From positions 1 through 48,392 of the IMG/VR virus record IMGVR_UViG_3300015050_001385: a stretch of 48,392 bases of DNA; one strand, given 5' to 3'. The stretch is from a virus (taxonomy: Duplodnaviria; Caudoviricetes). The notes beneath the pieces were generated by a model. The model saw nothing but the letters and a program-made list of their open reading frames with translations. It was not told the origin of the DNA and did no database searches. The translations under genes were made by a program, and so were the position numbers. This document shows positions 7,800 through 16,366 of the stretch, in pieces (position 1 is the stretch's first letter; every line of letters begins with the position of its first letter).

Positions 7800-7829
7800 T
7801 TTCATTCTCCAATATAAGTTGAGGTGCGC

Positions 7830-8726
7830 TTACTTAGCGCTGTGACGTGAACGCCCATAGGCGTCGTCGTTGATGAGGCGCTTGATCACCGCGATGTCCT
7901 TCACCACGTCGTCGAGCAGGATGTTGCGCCACGTTCCGAAGCGCCCGAGGGAGTAGATGTCGTGCTCGTTGGACATTCGCAGGATGAAAGCCTTGCGCCA
8001 CTTGTCGTCGATGGGCGAGATCTTGCCGTAACGCTGCTTGGTGGTCTCGAGCTCCTCCAGCTCAAACATGGCTAGACCGAAAGGCGCAGCGATGTTGAAG
8101 TTGTCTGTCTCTTCGCCAATCCACTCAGCGATCAAGATCTCGCCTGTGATGCTCACGCGGTAACACTTTGTCAATGGGTCGCTAACGTACACCGATTGGA
8201 AAATGTCTGCGCCACGAATGCGGAAGCGCTTAACCGTGATCTGCGCGTATTCGAAGACAGGGCTTTCAACGCGCATCATGCCTGCCATCACGTTCATCGG
8301 GATGGTGCTGATGATGGGTTCGTTGGAAAGGCGCGCTGGCTTCACCAGATCGAAGCTTGTGCCCCAATTGACGCGATTGCCAGAGCGCTCAATAAGCTGA
8401 TCAATGAAGTCCTCCGGCGCGATGAACCGCTCGACAGGGTCCAACTTCCATACACTGCGGTCTGCCAGGCGACCGACCACCTTCAGCGAATACCGATTGG
8501 CGTGCAAGATCGAGGGCTGCACGAACCGGCCTTCAGACCAGAGCCCCTTGTGCACGGTGACCTTGCGGAAGTCAATGCCGACAGCGTCAGCGACGGCTGT
8601 GGAGCGGAAGCGCAAAAGCGCTTTGTGCCCGACCATCTTCTCGCGCGTGGAGGCTTCATACACTTCAGCCTGCGGGAAGACGGAGGCAGCGATTAGGCCG
8701 GATATGCCGGCACCGAGGATTTTCAT
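7830..8726 (-). CDS. FAD-dependent oxidoreductase (UDP-galactopyranose mutase/protoporphyrinogen oxidase-like fold)
   Basis: N-terminal ILGAGISGLIAA...VYEA dinucleotide-binding motif, IISTIP, and C-terminal YSLGRFGTWR..LLDD. Confidence 0.75.
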   Translation of the reverse strand: MKILGAGISGLIAASVFPQAEVYEASTREKMVGHKALLRFRSTAVADAVGIDFRKVTVHKGLWSEGRFVQPSILHANRYSLKVVGRLADRSVWKLDPVERFIAPEDFIDQLIERSGNRVNWGTSFDLVKPARLSNEPIISTIPMNVMAGMMRVESPVFEYAQITVKRFRIRGADIFQSVYVSDPLTKCYRVSITGEILIAEWIGEETDNFNIAAPFGLAMFELEELETTKQRYGKISPIDDKWRKAFILRMSNEHDIYSLGRFGTWRNILLDDVVKDIAVIKRLINDDAYGRSRHSAK

Positions 8727-9142
8727 TTTGGGTCCTTGTTGTCGTTGATCGCTTTTTGCAAAGCCTCTTTGAAGCTCTCGCCCCAATAGCTGCGCGTGTT
8801 GCCGACCTTGATGTGGAAAGATTTTGTTGCGTCGTCTTGAAAAAGAGACAGTGTCGTTTCAGAGCCGTTTTGAACGTAGCCCATGAGGCTGCGCAACCCT
8901 TCGAGCAACTCAGAGTCGGCCTTCAGCTCTGGCGTCTTGACAATCAACTTGGCGTTGTCCTCGTTGGACTCATCCAGCGGAACAAGACAAACGGTGCCCT
9001 TGTCTGTTCCTATTGAAAGCGCTTCGAATTCAAACGGGATGCCTGCGGCTGTCATGCGAGCGGCAACTGCTGGCTCCGGCAGGCAGCGATATTTGCAGCG
9101 CTTAACACCGATGTCCCATGGGCCTTTGGTGGCGTTGTTCAT
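8723..9142 (-). CDS. Hypothetical protein (first gene of the leftward transcript)
   Basis: GAGGA SD before ATG 9142; directly downstream of the 9187 promoter. Confidence 0.65.
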   Translation of the reverse strand: MNNATKGPWDIGVKRCKYRCLPEPAVAARMTAAGIPFEFEALSIGTDKGTVCLVPLDESNEDNAKLIVKTPELKADSELLEGLRSLMGYVQNGSETTLSLFQDDATKSFHIKVGNTRSYWGESFKEALQKAINDNKDPK

Positions 9143-9186
9143 GCTGTTCCTCATAAGTTGTAACGGCCAAAACGTGCCGCGTCGTG

Positions 9187-9216
9187 ATTATGCTCCACAT
9201 TTTTGGCATTAGGCAA
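9187..9216 (-). promoter_or_regulatory. Leftward sigma70-like promoter TTGCCT-18-CATAAT
   Basis: Third copy of the AAAATGTGGAGCATAAT element. Confidence 0.75.
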
Positions 9217-9235
9217 CGGGTCAACAAAAATAAAT

Positions 9236-9265
9236 TTGCCGAGGGGTCTTTTTTGGAGGCAAAAT
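9236..9265 (+). promoter_or_regulatory. Rightward sigma70-like promoter TTGCCG-18-CAAAAT
   Basis: Same consensus; back-to-back with the leftward promoter at the strand switch. Confidence 0.65.
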
Positions 9266-9314
9266 CGGGGCTCTTGTTTTTCAAGTCTTCAACTTAAACT
9301 GAACGGAGCGGCTG

Positions 9315-9653
9315 ATGCCGAATGTATATGTAACACAACTTCCGCACCGCAGGGATGCGGCGACTGGGTCGCTGGTCCCTGCCTTCAACTTGACGCCCGC
9401 TGAAGAGCACGGCAAGTTGGTGACCATGATGCCGCCGCAGGCCGCATTCCATGCCACGGCGGAGTTGGTGCGGCAGCTCGACGAGAAGCTGCAAGACTAC
9501 GACTACGAGGAAGGCGACACGGTGTTGCTCCTCGGAGACACAACGCTGGTGGCTGCAACCGCTGCCATCCTCGGCAAGCGCCGGGCCAAGTTCACCGTCC
9601 TGCGCTGGGACAGGAACCTGGGCCGGTATACACGCGTGGTGATTTGCCCATGA
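9315..9653 (+). CDS. Hypothetical phage protein
   Basis: GGAG SD, CAACTTA leader; first gene of the rightward transcript. Confidence 0.75.
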   Translation: MPNVYVTQLPHRRDAATGSLVPAFNLTPAEEHGKLVTMMPPQAAFHATAELVRQLDEKLQDYDYEEGDTVLLLGDTTLVAATAAILGKRRAKFTVLRWDRNLGRYTRVVICP

Positions 9654-9907
9654 CCTACGGCTGCCACAATCGCGCGCCACTCCGGGAAACGATCCGGGTG
9701 CAGACGCTTGTGGTTATCGCAGGTTCGCAACAACGGGAAGACGGCCCCGTCTACGCCGTTGGCCACAAAGAAATTCCAAACGCTAACAGCAAGGATTGCC
9801 GTTACGACTTGCGCCCAACTGATCCAGGGTGCGCAGGGTGCAGGTGGATCAAGAACGGAGCGCCAATCGCCTCCACAACTCAACTTAAACAGAAAGCATT
9901 GTCATGA
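9650..9907 (+). CDS. Small Cys-containing hypothetical protein
   Basis: YGCHNR...CRYD...DPGCAGCRW; ATGA overlaps on both sides. Confidence 0.55.
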   Translation: MTYGCHNRAPLRETIRVQTLVVIAGSQQREDGPVYAVGHKEIPNANSKDCRYDLRPTDPGCAGCRWIKNGAPIASTTQLKQKALS

Positions 9908-10455
9908 CCATCACAGTCAACGAACTAACCCAAGCAGCGCAGATGCTGGTGAGGGCGCAAGACGCCGTCGCCGAAGCCGACGCAGCGCTGAAAACGGCCA
10001 AGGAAAAAGAGCGCGTGCTGAAGGAGGAAACTCTGCCCGGCATGATGCAGGAGCTGGGCGTCACCAAGATGGCGCTCGAAGACGGCAACGAGATCACCGT
10101 GGCGCAAGAGGTCTACGCCTCCGTGCCCGCGCATGCCAAGGAGCAGGCCTGGGCATGGCTGGAAGCGAACAATTTCGGCGGGCTGATCAAGACCGAGGTC
10201 CAGGTCGCATTCGGCAAGGGTGAGCTGGAAGACGCTCTGGAGCTGCTCGACAAGTTGGCCGAGATCGGCGTCACCAACGGCACCATCAGCCGTGATGTGC
10301 ATCCGCAAACGCTGAAGGCGTTCCTGAAGGAACAGCTGGCCAACCCCAAGACCGAGCTGACCGAAGAAGAACGGGAAGCAGGCATGAGCTTGCTGAACCT
10401 CGAGATGTTCGGTGCGCGCCCGGTGCTCACGGCCAAAGTGAAGCTGAAGAAATGA
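9904..10455 (+). CDS. Conserved phage replication-region protein
   Basis: LPGMMQELG...AWAWLE...LIK...VHPQTLKAF pattern, typical of genes next to phage SSB-like genes. Confidence 0.7.
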   Translation: MTITVNELTQAAQMLVRAQDAVAEADAALKTAKEKERVLKEETLPGMMQELGVTKMALEDGNEITVAQEVYASVPAHAKEQAWAWLEANNFGGLIKTEVQVAFGKGELEDALELLDKLAEIGVTNGTISRDVHPQTLKAFLKEQLANPKTELTEEEREAGMSLLNLEMFGARPVLTAKVKLKK

Positions 10456-10724
10456 GCGGCGTTCCGTTCCACAAGCCAAAGATGGGCACCTTGCAGGCGG
10501 CTTGGGCCGACTACGCTCAGCAGTGCATTCCCGCTGGCGCGCCGGACCTGCAGATCAACGAGGGCAAGGTCTGCTTCATGGCGGGGTGCGCAGCGATGTT
10601 CAAGCTCATGACCATTGACGCTGCTGACCTGCCAGAAGAAAAGGCGATGGAGTTGATGGTGGAGCTGGGCACGGAAATGCAAACCTTTGTAAGCGAATAT
10701 GCAAGGACAGGAATCGTTCCATGA
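10452..10724 (+). CDS. Hypothetical protein
   Basis: Coupled by ATGA overlap. Confidence 0.65.
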   Translation: MSGVPFHKPKMGTLQAAWADYAQQCIPAGAPDLQINEGKVCFMAGCAAMFKLMTIDAADLPEEKAMELMVELGTEMQTFVSEYARTGIVP

Positions 10725-10882
10725 ACAAAAAGACCTGGGTTCAGGTGCAGCGCATGTGCGGGGTGATGTACGGCTTCGGTCGTCCGTTCTACGCGCTGCC
10801 GCTGCATCGTGAGCCGCAGGCCTATTCGGCGATCTTCTACTACCACGAGGTTCATAGGGTCGCCAATGCTTCAAAATTTTGA
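10721..10882 (+). CDS. Small hypothetical protein, 53 aa (not in ORF track)
   Basis: MNKKTWVQVQRMCG...ASKF*; ATGA overlap with the previous gene. Confidence 0.45.
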   Translation: MNKKTWVQVQRMCGVMYGFGRPFYALPLHREPQAYSAIFYYHEVHRVANASKF

Positions 10883-10978
10883 ACAAGCCGCAAGGCAAGT
10901 CGTCTGCTCGCAAGGCGGACGTTAAACCCTCCGGGTCTCGTTGAGACCTTAAACTCAAACTGTAATCAAGGAAACATT

Positions 10979-11845
10979 ATGAACGCAAAAGCAAAACCAA
11001 CCGCCGCCGCTCCTGCAAAGGGCAACGAGGTTGCTGAAGTGAAAAAGAACGAAGTAGCGGTCGCTGACGAAATGGACTTCTCCGCAGACGCGGGCATGGG
11101 CACTGAAGGCGTCGACAAGGACTCGCAGGCGATTCCGTTCCTGGTGGTGCTGCAAAGCAACTCGCCTGCCGTGGTCGACAACAACCCGCCCGGCGTGCGC
11201 GCTGGGTTGCTGATGAACTCCGTAACGGGCGAGACCTTCGAAAAGCTCGTCGTGGTGCCGGTAAGCTTCCAGCGCCGCTTTGTCGAGTGGGCTCCGCGCA
11301 AACTCGGCGGCGGCTACAAAGGCGAGAAGATGCCGGCAGAAGTCGAAGGCGGCGCGTATGGCTACAAGGCGGCTGACTCGGTGAGCAGCTACTTTGTTGC
11401 GCCAGAAGGCGACAAGCCACTGGGCCGCGAAGCCGCCAAGGACGCGCACAATGCGCTGAAGGACACCCGCAGCCACTTTATCATGGCTGTGAAGCCCGAC
11501 GGCACGTTTTTCCCCGCGCTCTTCCCGCTGGCCAGCACCCAGATCAAGAAGTCTAAGAAGTGGATCTCGATGATCCTGGGGGTGCAGCTGCGCGACGCGC
11601 AAGACCGACTCTACAACCCTGCCTCGTTCAGCCACATGTACACCATCGGCACCGTGAAGGAATCCAACGCTGAAGGCCAGTGGTTCGGTGTCACCGTGGA
11701 AGCAGCAGGTCCCGTGAAGTCCAAAGAGATCTACAACGCGGCCAAGGAACTGCACGCCCAGGTGGCCGCAGGCAAGGTCAACGTCGCTCAGCCTGACGCC
11801 AACGTGGGCGGTGCTGACGGCGACGCGCCGGAAGGCACCTTCTGA
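10979..11845 (+). CDS. Putative single-stranded DNA-binding protein
   Basis: IPFLVVLQSNSP motif, acidic C-terminus ending in Phe (DGDAPEGTF), strong AAGGA SD, lies upstream of primase. Confidence 0.6.
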   Translation: MNAKAKPTAAAPAKGNEVAEVKKNEVAVADEMDFSADAGMGTEGVDKDSQAIPFLVVLQSNSPAVVDNNPPGVRAGLLMNSVTGETFEKLVVVPVSFQRRFVEWAPRKLGGGYKGEKMPAEVEGGAYGYKAADSVSSYFVAPEGDKPLGREAAKDAHNALKDTRSHFIMAVKPDGTFFPALFPLASTQIKKSKKWISMILGVQLRDAQDRLYNPASFSHMYTIGTVKESNAEGQWFGVTVEAAGPVKSKEIYNAAKELHAQVAAGKVNVAQPDANVGGADGDAPEGTF

Positions 11846-11894
11846 AGCCTCCGGGCCTGAACTGAGTTTGGCGCTTTCGCAGGCGTCATAGTTC

Positions 11895-11927
11895 GAGGGG
11901 CTGGAGAGATCTGGCCCCTCTTTTTTT
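11895..11927 (+). terminator. Intrinsic terminator
   Basis: GAGGGGC...GCCCCTC stem followed by T7. Confidence 0.85.
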
Positions 11928-11942
11928 GGATGGAAAGACACC

Positions 11943-12293
11943 ATGACTAAAACTTATATGCCGACATGCAACGTGAAGACCAAGAGTTCCGACGGCTTGA
12001 AGCTCGAATACGCGGGGCCGTCCAGCGACGACAAGAACGAGGCGGCATCCACCGTCTTCCTTGGTCCGCGCGCTTTCACTGACATCCACGCAGAGCGCGT
12101 TCGGCAAAGCAGGAAAAAAGGGCACACCCGAGAAGCCGACGACGCGCTGACTCAAGGCGAGCTGCACGGGGCTGCTGTTGCGGTCTTGACGAGCAGCATC
12201 TCCCGCTGGCCGTTCGAAGGGGTGATGAAGGCCCGAGACCCAAGAGAAGCTTGTGTGGTCGCTGCTGCGCTGCTGCTAGCAGAAATTGAGTGA
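11943..12293 (+). CDS. Conserved phage hypothetical protein
   Basis: AERVRQ...ADD...GEL..AA...WPF...AAALLLAEIE pattern common in phages. Confidence 0.7.
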   Translation: MTKTYMPTCNVKTKSSDGLKLEYAGPSSDDKNEAASTVFLGPRAFTDIHAERVRQSRKKGHTREADDALTQGELHGAAVAVLTSSISRWPFEGVMKARDPREACVVAAALLLAEIE

Positions 12294-12328
12294 ATCGACC
12301 GCGCTGCTGCCAAGAAGGAGGGTTGATC

Positions 12329-12574
12329 GTGTCGTTCAAGTACATTGACGCCGACAAGATGCGGGTCGCTACGGCGGGCGACGGCAAGATCTACGCCGGG
12401 GTGCCCGACAAGGACAAGCGGACCTTTGTTGGCGTGATTCGGGACGTGACGAGCGACTGCCTCAAGGCCGTGGCCGACAAGCTGGAAAGAGAACAGGGCG
12501 GCACGTTCGTCATCTGCGCCAACGGCGTGCCCACCCACGAGATCACCGTGCGGCGCTTGGGGACAACGCAATGA
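12329..12574 (+). CDS. Hypothetical protein
   Basis: AAGGAGG SD before in-frame GTG at 12329. Confidence 0.65.
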   Translation: MSFKYIDADKMRVATAGDGKIYAGVPDKDKRTFVGVIRDVTSDCLKAVADKLEREQGGTFVICANGVPTHEITVRRLGTTQ

Positions 12575-12741
12575 ACGCCGAGCAGCAACAACTGGTGCAG
12601 GACATTGAAACGCGCGAGAGCAAGCTCACCGACTGGGAGCGAAACTTCATTGACTCAATCCAAAGCCAGGCGCTGAAGGGCATCCCGCTCAGCACCAAGC
12701 AGACCGAGTGCCTCAACCGCATCTGGGAGCGCGTGACATGA
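12571..12741 (+). CDS. Small hypothetical protein, 56 aa (not in ORF track)
   Basis: MNAEQQQLVQDIETRESKLTDWERNFIDSI...LSTKQTECLNRIWERVT*; ATGA overlaps on both sides. Confidence 0.7.
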   Translation: MNAEQQQLVQDIETRESKLTDWERNFIDSIQSQALKGIPLSTKQTECLNRIWERVT

Positions 12742-13016
12742 ACCTTCCAGAAACACTGCCCTTAGACCCAAAGGGCTACACCAAGCGCATGGAAGTGCAT
12801 TACAACTTTGGTGGCGGGAAAGGCGGCGCAATTTATTCCATCAGGAACGAGCGTGGAGAGTTGATGCCGATAAACTACCAATACGACACCCGACCGAAGC
12901 CCGAGCTCGCGCAAGGCTTCATCATCCACGGCGTCCAAAAAGAATTCAAAACTTGGCGCGAGCTCGCTAAATACTGGCCAACATACATTCAAAGCAAATC
13001 GGAGAAGGCCACATGA
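12738..13016 (+). CDS. Hypothetical protein
   Basis: ATGA-coupled to both neighbours. Confidence 0.65.
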   Translation: MNLPETLPLDPKGYTKRMEVHYNFGGGKGGAIYSIRNERGELMPINYQYDTRPKPELAQGFIIHGVQKEFKTWRELAKYWPTYIQSKSEKAT

Positions 13017-15208
13017 CAGAACACTTCCAGCAAGCAGTGCATGCAGCGGCCCTGCGCTACGTGGCCAGGGGCTGGGCGGTTTTCCCGCTGCATTCTGTGG
13101 TGGAAAGCGAAGGCAAGCTCCAATGCACCTGCGGCACCGTGAACTGCTCAGACGCGGGCAAGCATCCCCGGCAGGCGCGCGGCCTGAAGGACGCCTCCAA
13201 GGACATTGCGACCGTCGACAAGTGGTTCGGTCCCGAAAGCGAGCTTTCGAACATTGGCGTGGTCACGGGCATGATCTCCGGCATCACCGTGCTCGACATC
13301 GACACAGGCCCCGGCAAGGCGGGCGCGGAGACGTGGAGCGAGATCGTGGCCAAGCATGGCGAGTTCCCGACCCTGAGCGCCACAACGGGGTCGGGCGGCT
13401 TCCATATGTTTTACACCTACAACTCCGCGCTCAAGACCGCTGCCAACGTCTTGGGGCTGGGCGTGGACGTGCGCAACGATGGCGGTTACGTGGTCGCCGC
13501 GCCATCGCTCCACCGCTCGGGCGGGGTTTACTCATGGGAAGACGAAAATGGCGCGGTGACCCCATTGCCACCACACCTGAGCCGCCCGGTGGAGCGCAGG
13601 GGCCGGAAGAAAAAGGACGACATGCACAAGTCCAAGTATTCCATCGAGCAGGTGAAGAAAATGCTGAGCTTTGTGCCAGCCGACGATCGGGACGAGTGGC
13701 GCCACGTTGGGGTCATTTTAGGCCGCGAGTTCAAGCTGCACGACAAGGCGTGGGAGGTGTACTTCGAGTGGTCAGAAACATTCAAGGGCAAGAAAGGCCG
13801 CAATCATGATGACATCATGCGTGAAGCTTTTTATGATCTCTCACAACAAGAAACGGAATCCAAGCTTTCGATCGGCACGATTGTGCGGCTTGCGATGGAA
13901 AACGGCTGGGCTCCAGAGGCAGGGGAAGTGCCAATGGGTCATTTTGTGTATTATGGTCCGGGTAACAATTTCATTTACCGCCCAACCGCCTCTTACTGGA
14001 TAGGCCCTGCGGTGGACGCGGCAGTCAGCCCGATCAACATTGACGGCGTAATCTTCAGCGCCTCGGCGCACCTGAAGCTCACCCAGCTCACCACGTCACT
14101 CACCAGCAACCCGCAGCTGGAGGATGACTTCATCCCCGGCAAGGACTGCCGGGACGGGGACCTTATCGACATCCCCGGCGCGGCGGTTTACAACACGTAC
14201 CGCAGGGCGACCATTGAGTTGGGAGACGCGCGGCTCGCGGGGCCGTTTCTCGCTCACGTGCGCAAGGTGCTCAACAAGGCGCAGGAGGGCAAGAAGAGCG
14301 ACGCCGACCAGTTCCTGGACTACATGGCCCACCGCGTGCAGAAGCCTTGGGAAAAGCCCCGCTTTGCGCTGTTGCTGGCCGGGCCGCAAGGCGCGGGCAA
14401 GGACACCTGCATCGACATGTGTGCTCCGGCCATAGGCCCTTGGAACTTGTCGAACATTGCGCCAGAAGCCTTCGAGCATGCCTTCAACGAGTTCTACGCC
14501 GCAACACTGGTGCGCGTGAGCGAAACCTCGAACCTGCAAGAGATGAGCAAGTGGGCGTTCAACGAACAGACAAAGGTCCTAATCGCTGGCAACCCAGACA
14601 GCATCACCATCAACCCCAAGTACGGCCAGAAGTACACTGTTAAAATGTACTGCGGCGTGATCATGACGACGAATCATCTGGCCAGCGGCATTTACATTCC
14701 GCCCGGCGACCGCAGGTATGACGTGATCGAGAGTGCAACACTGGCGGAGATGGGGCTCGTGGACGACGAGGTCCGGAGCGACTACTTCGAGGAGCTGTGG
14801 GCATGGTTCAAGGATGGTGGCGACAGGCACGTAGCAGCCTTCCTCACGGAGCGGGACCTGAGCGCCTTCCGGCCAGCAACGGGCCAGCGGAAGACCGAGG
14901 CCCACTCAACCGTGGTCGCGGCTGGGATGGGGTCGGACGCGTGGCTGCTAGACGCGATAGAGGAGCTTGGAGCGCCGGACTTGGTTCGGGCGGACTGGAT
15001 CGTGGACCTGGCAGAACAGTCTGGAATGAAGCCGAACGAGGCCCGAGCCAAGCTCAATATGGCGATTGGACGCTGCGGATATCAAACACTACGCAACCCA
15101 AACATGGCAGACGGGCGTCACAAGATAGGCAAGAAAAACGTGGTCGTTTACGCCAAAGTTGGGGCCACGAGCCTGGATATGGCGCCGTTGCATAAGGAGC
15201 GTTTTTGA
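13013..15208 (+). CDS. Bifunctional primase-polymerase / PriCT-2 / SF3 helicase
   Basis: GWAVFPL..CTCG..C..GKHP, NIGVVTG..VLDID, TGSGGFH, DVRNDGGYVVAAPS; Walker A GPQGAGKD; TTNH...DRRY. Confidence 0.92.
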   Translation: MTEHFQQAVHAAALRYVARGWAVFPLHSVVESEGKLQCTCGTVNCSDAGKHPRQARGLKDASKDIATVDKWFGPESELSNIGVVTGMISGITVLDIDTGPGKAGAETWSEIVAKHGEFPTLSATTGSGGFHMFYTYNSALKTAANVLGLGVDVRNDGGYVVAAPSLHRSGGVYSWEDENGAVTPLPPHLSRPVERRGRKKKDDMHKSKYSIEQVKKMLSFVPADDRDEWRHVGVILGREFKLHDKAWEVYFEWSETFKGKKGRNHDDIMREAFYDLSQQETESKLSIGTIVRLAMENGWAPEAGEVPMGHFVYYGPGNNFIYRPTASYWIGPAVDAAVSPINIDGVIFSASAHLKLTQLTTSLTSNPQLEDDFIPGKDCRDGDLIDIPGAAVYNTYRRATIELGDARLAGPFLAHVRKVLNKAQEGKKSDADQFLDYMAHRVQKPWEKPRFALLLAGPQGAGKDTCIDMCAPAIGPWNLSNIAPEAFEHAFNEFYAATLVRVSETSNLQEMSKWAFNEQTKVLIAGNPDSITINPKYGQKYTVKMYCGVIMTTNHLASGIYIPPGDRRYDVIESATLAEMGLVDDEVRSDYFEELWAWFKDGGDRHVAAFLTERDLSAFRPATGQRKTEAHSTVVAAGMGSDAWLLDAIEELGAPDLVRADWIVDLAEQSGMKPNEARAKLNMAIGRCGYQTLRNPNMADGRHKIGKKNVVVYAKVGATSLDMAPLHKERF

Positions 15209-15342
15209 ATGATGGCGCTCCATAAAATCGGCGATATTTTCCGCATTGCAAAATCTGGGTGCTCCGCATCTCAAAAATAGTGTTTAAGCGCGGATTGTGA
15301 GAATCTCAGCACGGTGCGGTCGCTCTGGAAAGTGCCCGCAAA

Positions 15343-15458
15343 CCAGTCCGCGCTATCCGCGCTGGTATATAAGTTTAGAAGAAATTAAAAATAAAGGGTA
15401 GAGAGGGAATAAACTATTACCGGGAAAGTTCTTAGGTAGCGCGGATAGCGCGGACTGG
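15343..15458. repeat. Perfect 21-bp inverted repeat flanking a 74-bp AT/purine-rich spacer (putative origin or packaging site)
   Basis: ccagtccgcgctatccgcgct (15343-15363) / agcgcggatagcgcggactgg (15438-15458). Confidence 0.85.
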
Positions 15459-15553
15459 CCTGCCGGCAAAAACCCGGAAAAAGGACCACCACGGCGTGCC
15501 GCTTTTTGGAAGCAAATTTGCCCGATCGGGCGGACAAGAGGACAATCCAGACC

Positions 15554-16366
15554 ATGATAAAATTGACCCCAAAACGCGAAGCCTTCTGCCAGGCCATGGT
15601 GAAGTTGAAAAACCAGAGCGCTGCGTACAGAAAGGCTTTCAATACAGAAAACATGACGGCGAAGTCTGTTCACGAAGGGGCGTGCGGTTTAATGAAGGAT
15701 CCCAAGGTGATGGCAAGGATGGAGGAACTTAACTCACGTGTCTTGGCCAGGGCGGAAATCGACGCGGCGGAAATCGTGCGACATCTGGCCGACATCATTC
15801 AAGCCGACCCGAACGACCTTATGCAGTACAGAAGGCTCAACTGCCGCTACTGCAACGGCATCGAACACTCATATCAATGGAAACACTTGGGCGAGTTCCA
15901 GAAGGCGATTGATGATTGGGAGGCCAAGAAGGAAGCTCACGCAGATCGTATGACGAGGGCCACCAAGAAAACAGTCTTCAAAGATCCAATGCCGACCGAC
16001 GAAGGCGGTTACGGGTTCAGAAACACTGCGGACATCAATCCAGACTGCCCGGTCTGCGAGGGTGAGGGCGTTGAAGATCTGTTCATCCAAGACTCACGCA
16101 AGCTCACCGGTCCAGCCAAGCGCCTCTACGCGGGCGTGAAGCAGACCAAGAACGGAATCGAGATCCTGACTCGGTCGCAGGACGGGGCCATGAAGATGCT
16201 TGGGGAGCATTATGGCATGTTCAAGCAACTCATTGACGCAAACATAAAGTCACAAAATGAGAACACTAACACGAACCTCAATTCTGAGCCATTGGGAATT
16301 GAAGAGCTCAAGGCGCTCGCGAAGGCTCGCGGACTTCCGGAGTCGGTCTTCGACAAGCGCAAATGA
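15554..16366 (+). CDS. terS: Terminase small subunit
   Basis: LTPKREAFCQ...NQSAAYRKAF HTH-type N-terminus, GVKQTKNGIEI, AMKMLGEHYGMF; directly before TerL. Confidence 0.88.
   Translation: MIKLTPKREAFCQAMVKLKNQSAAYRKAFNTENMTAKSVHEGACGLMKDPKVMARMEELNSRVLARAEIDAAEIVRHLADIIQADPNDLMQYRRLNCRYCNGIEHSYQWKHLGEFQKAIDDWEAKKEAHADRMTRATKKTVFKDPMPTDEGGYGFRNTADINPDCPVCEGEGVEDLFIQDSRKLTGPAKRLYAGVKQTKNGIEILTRSQDGAMKMLGEHYGMFKQLIDANIKSQNENTNTNLNSEPLGIEELKALAKARGLPESVFDKRK

Noticed and set aside
9154-9315. Lysogeny switch at the divergent promoters
   Set aside because: Flanking genes show no HTH repressor features and no integrase or partition genes were recognised
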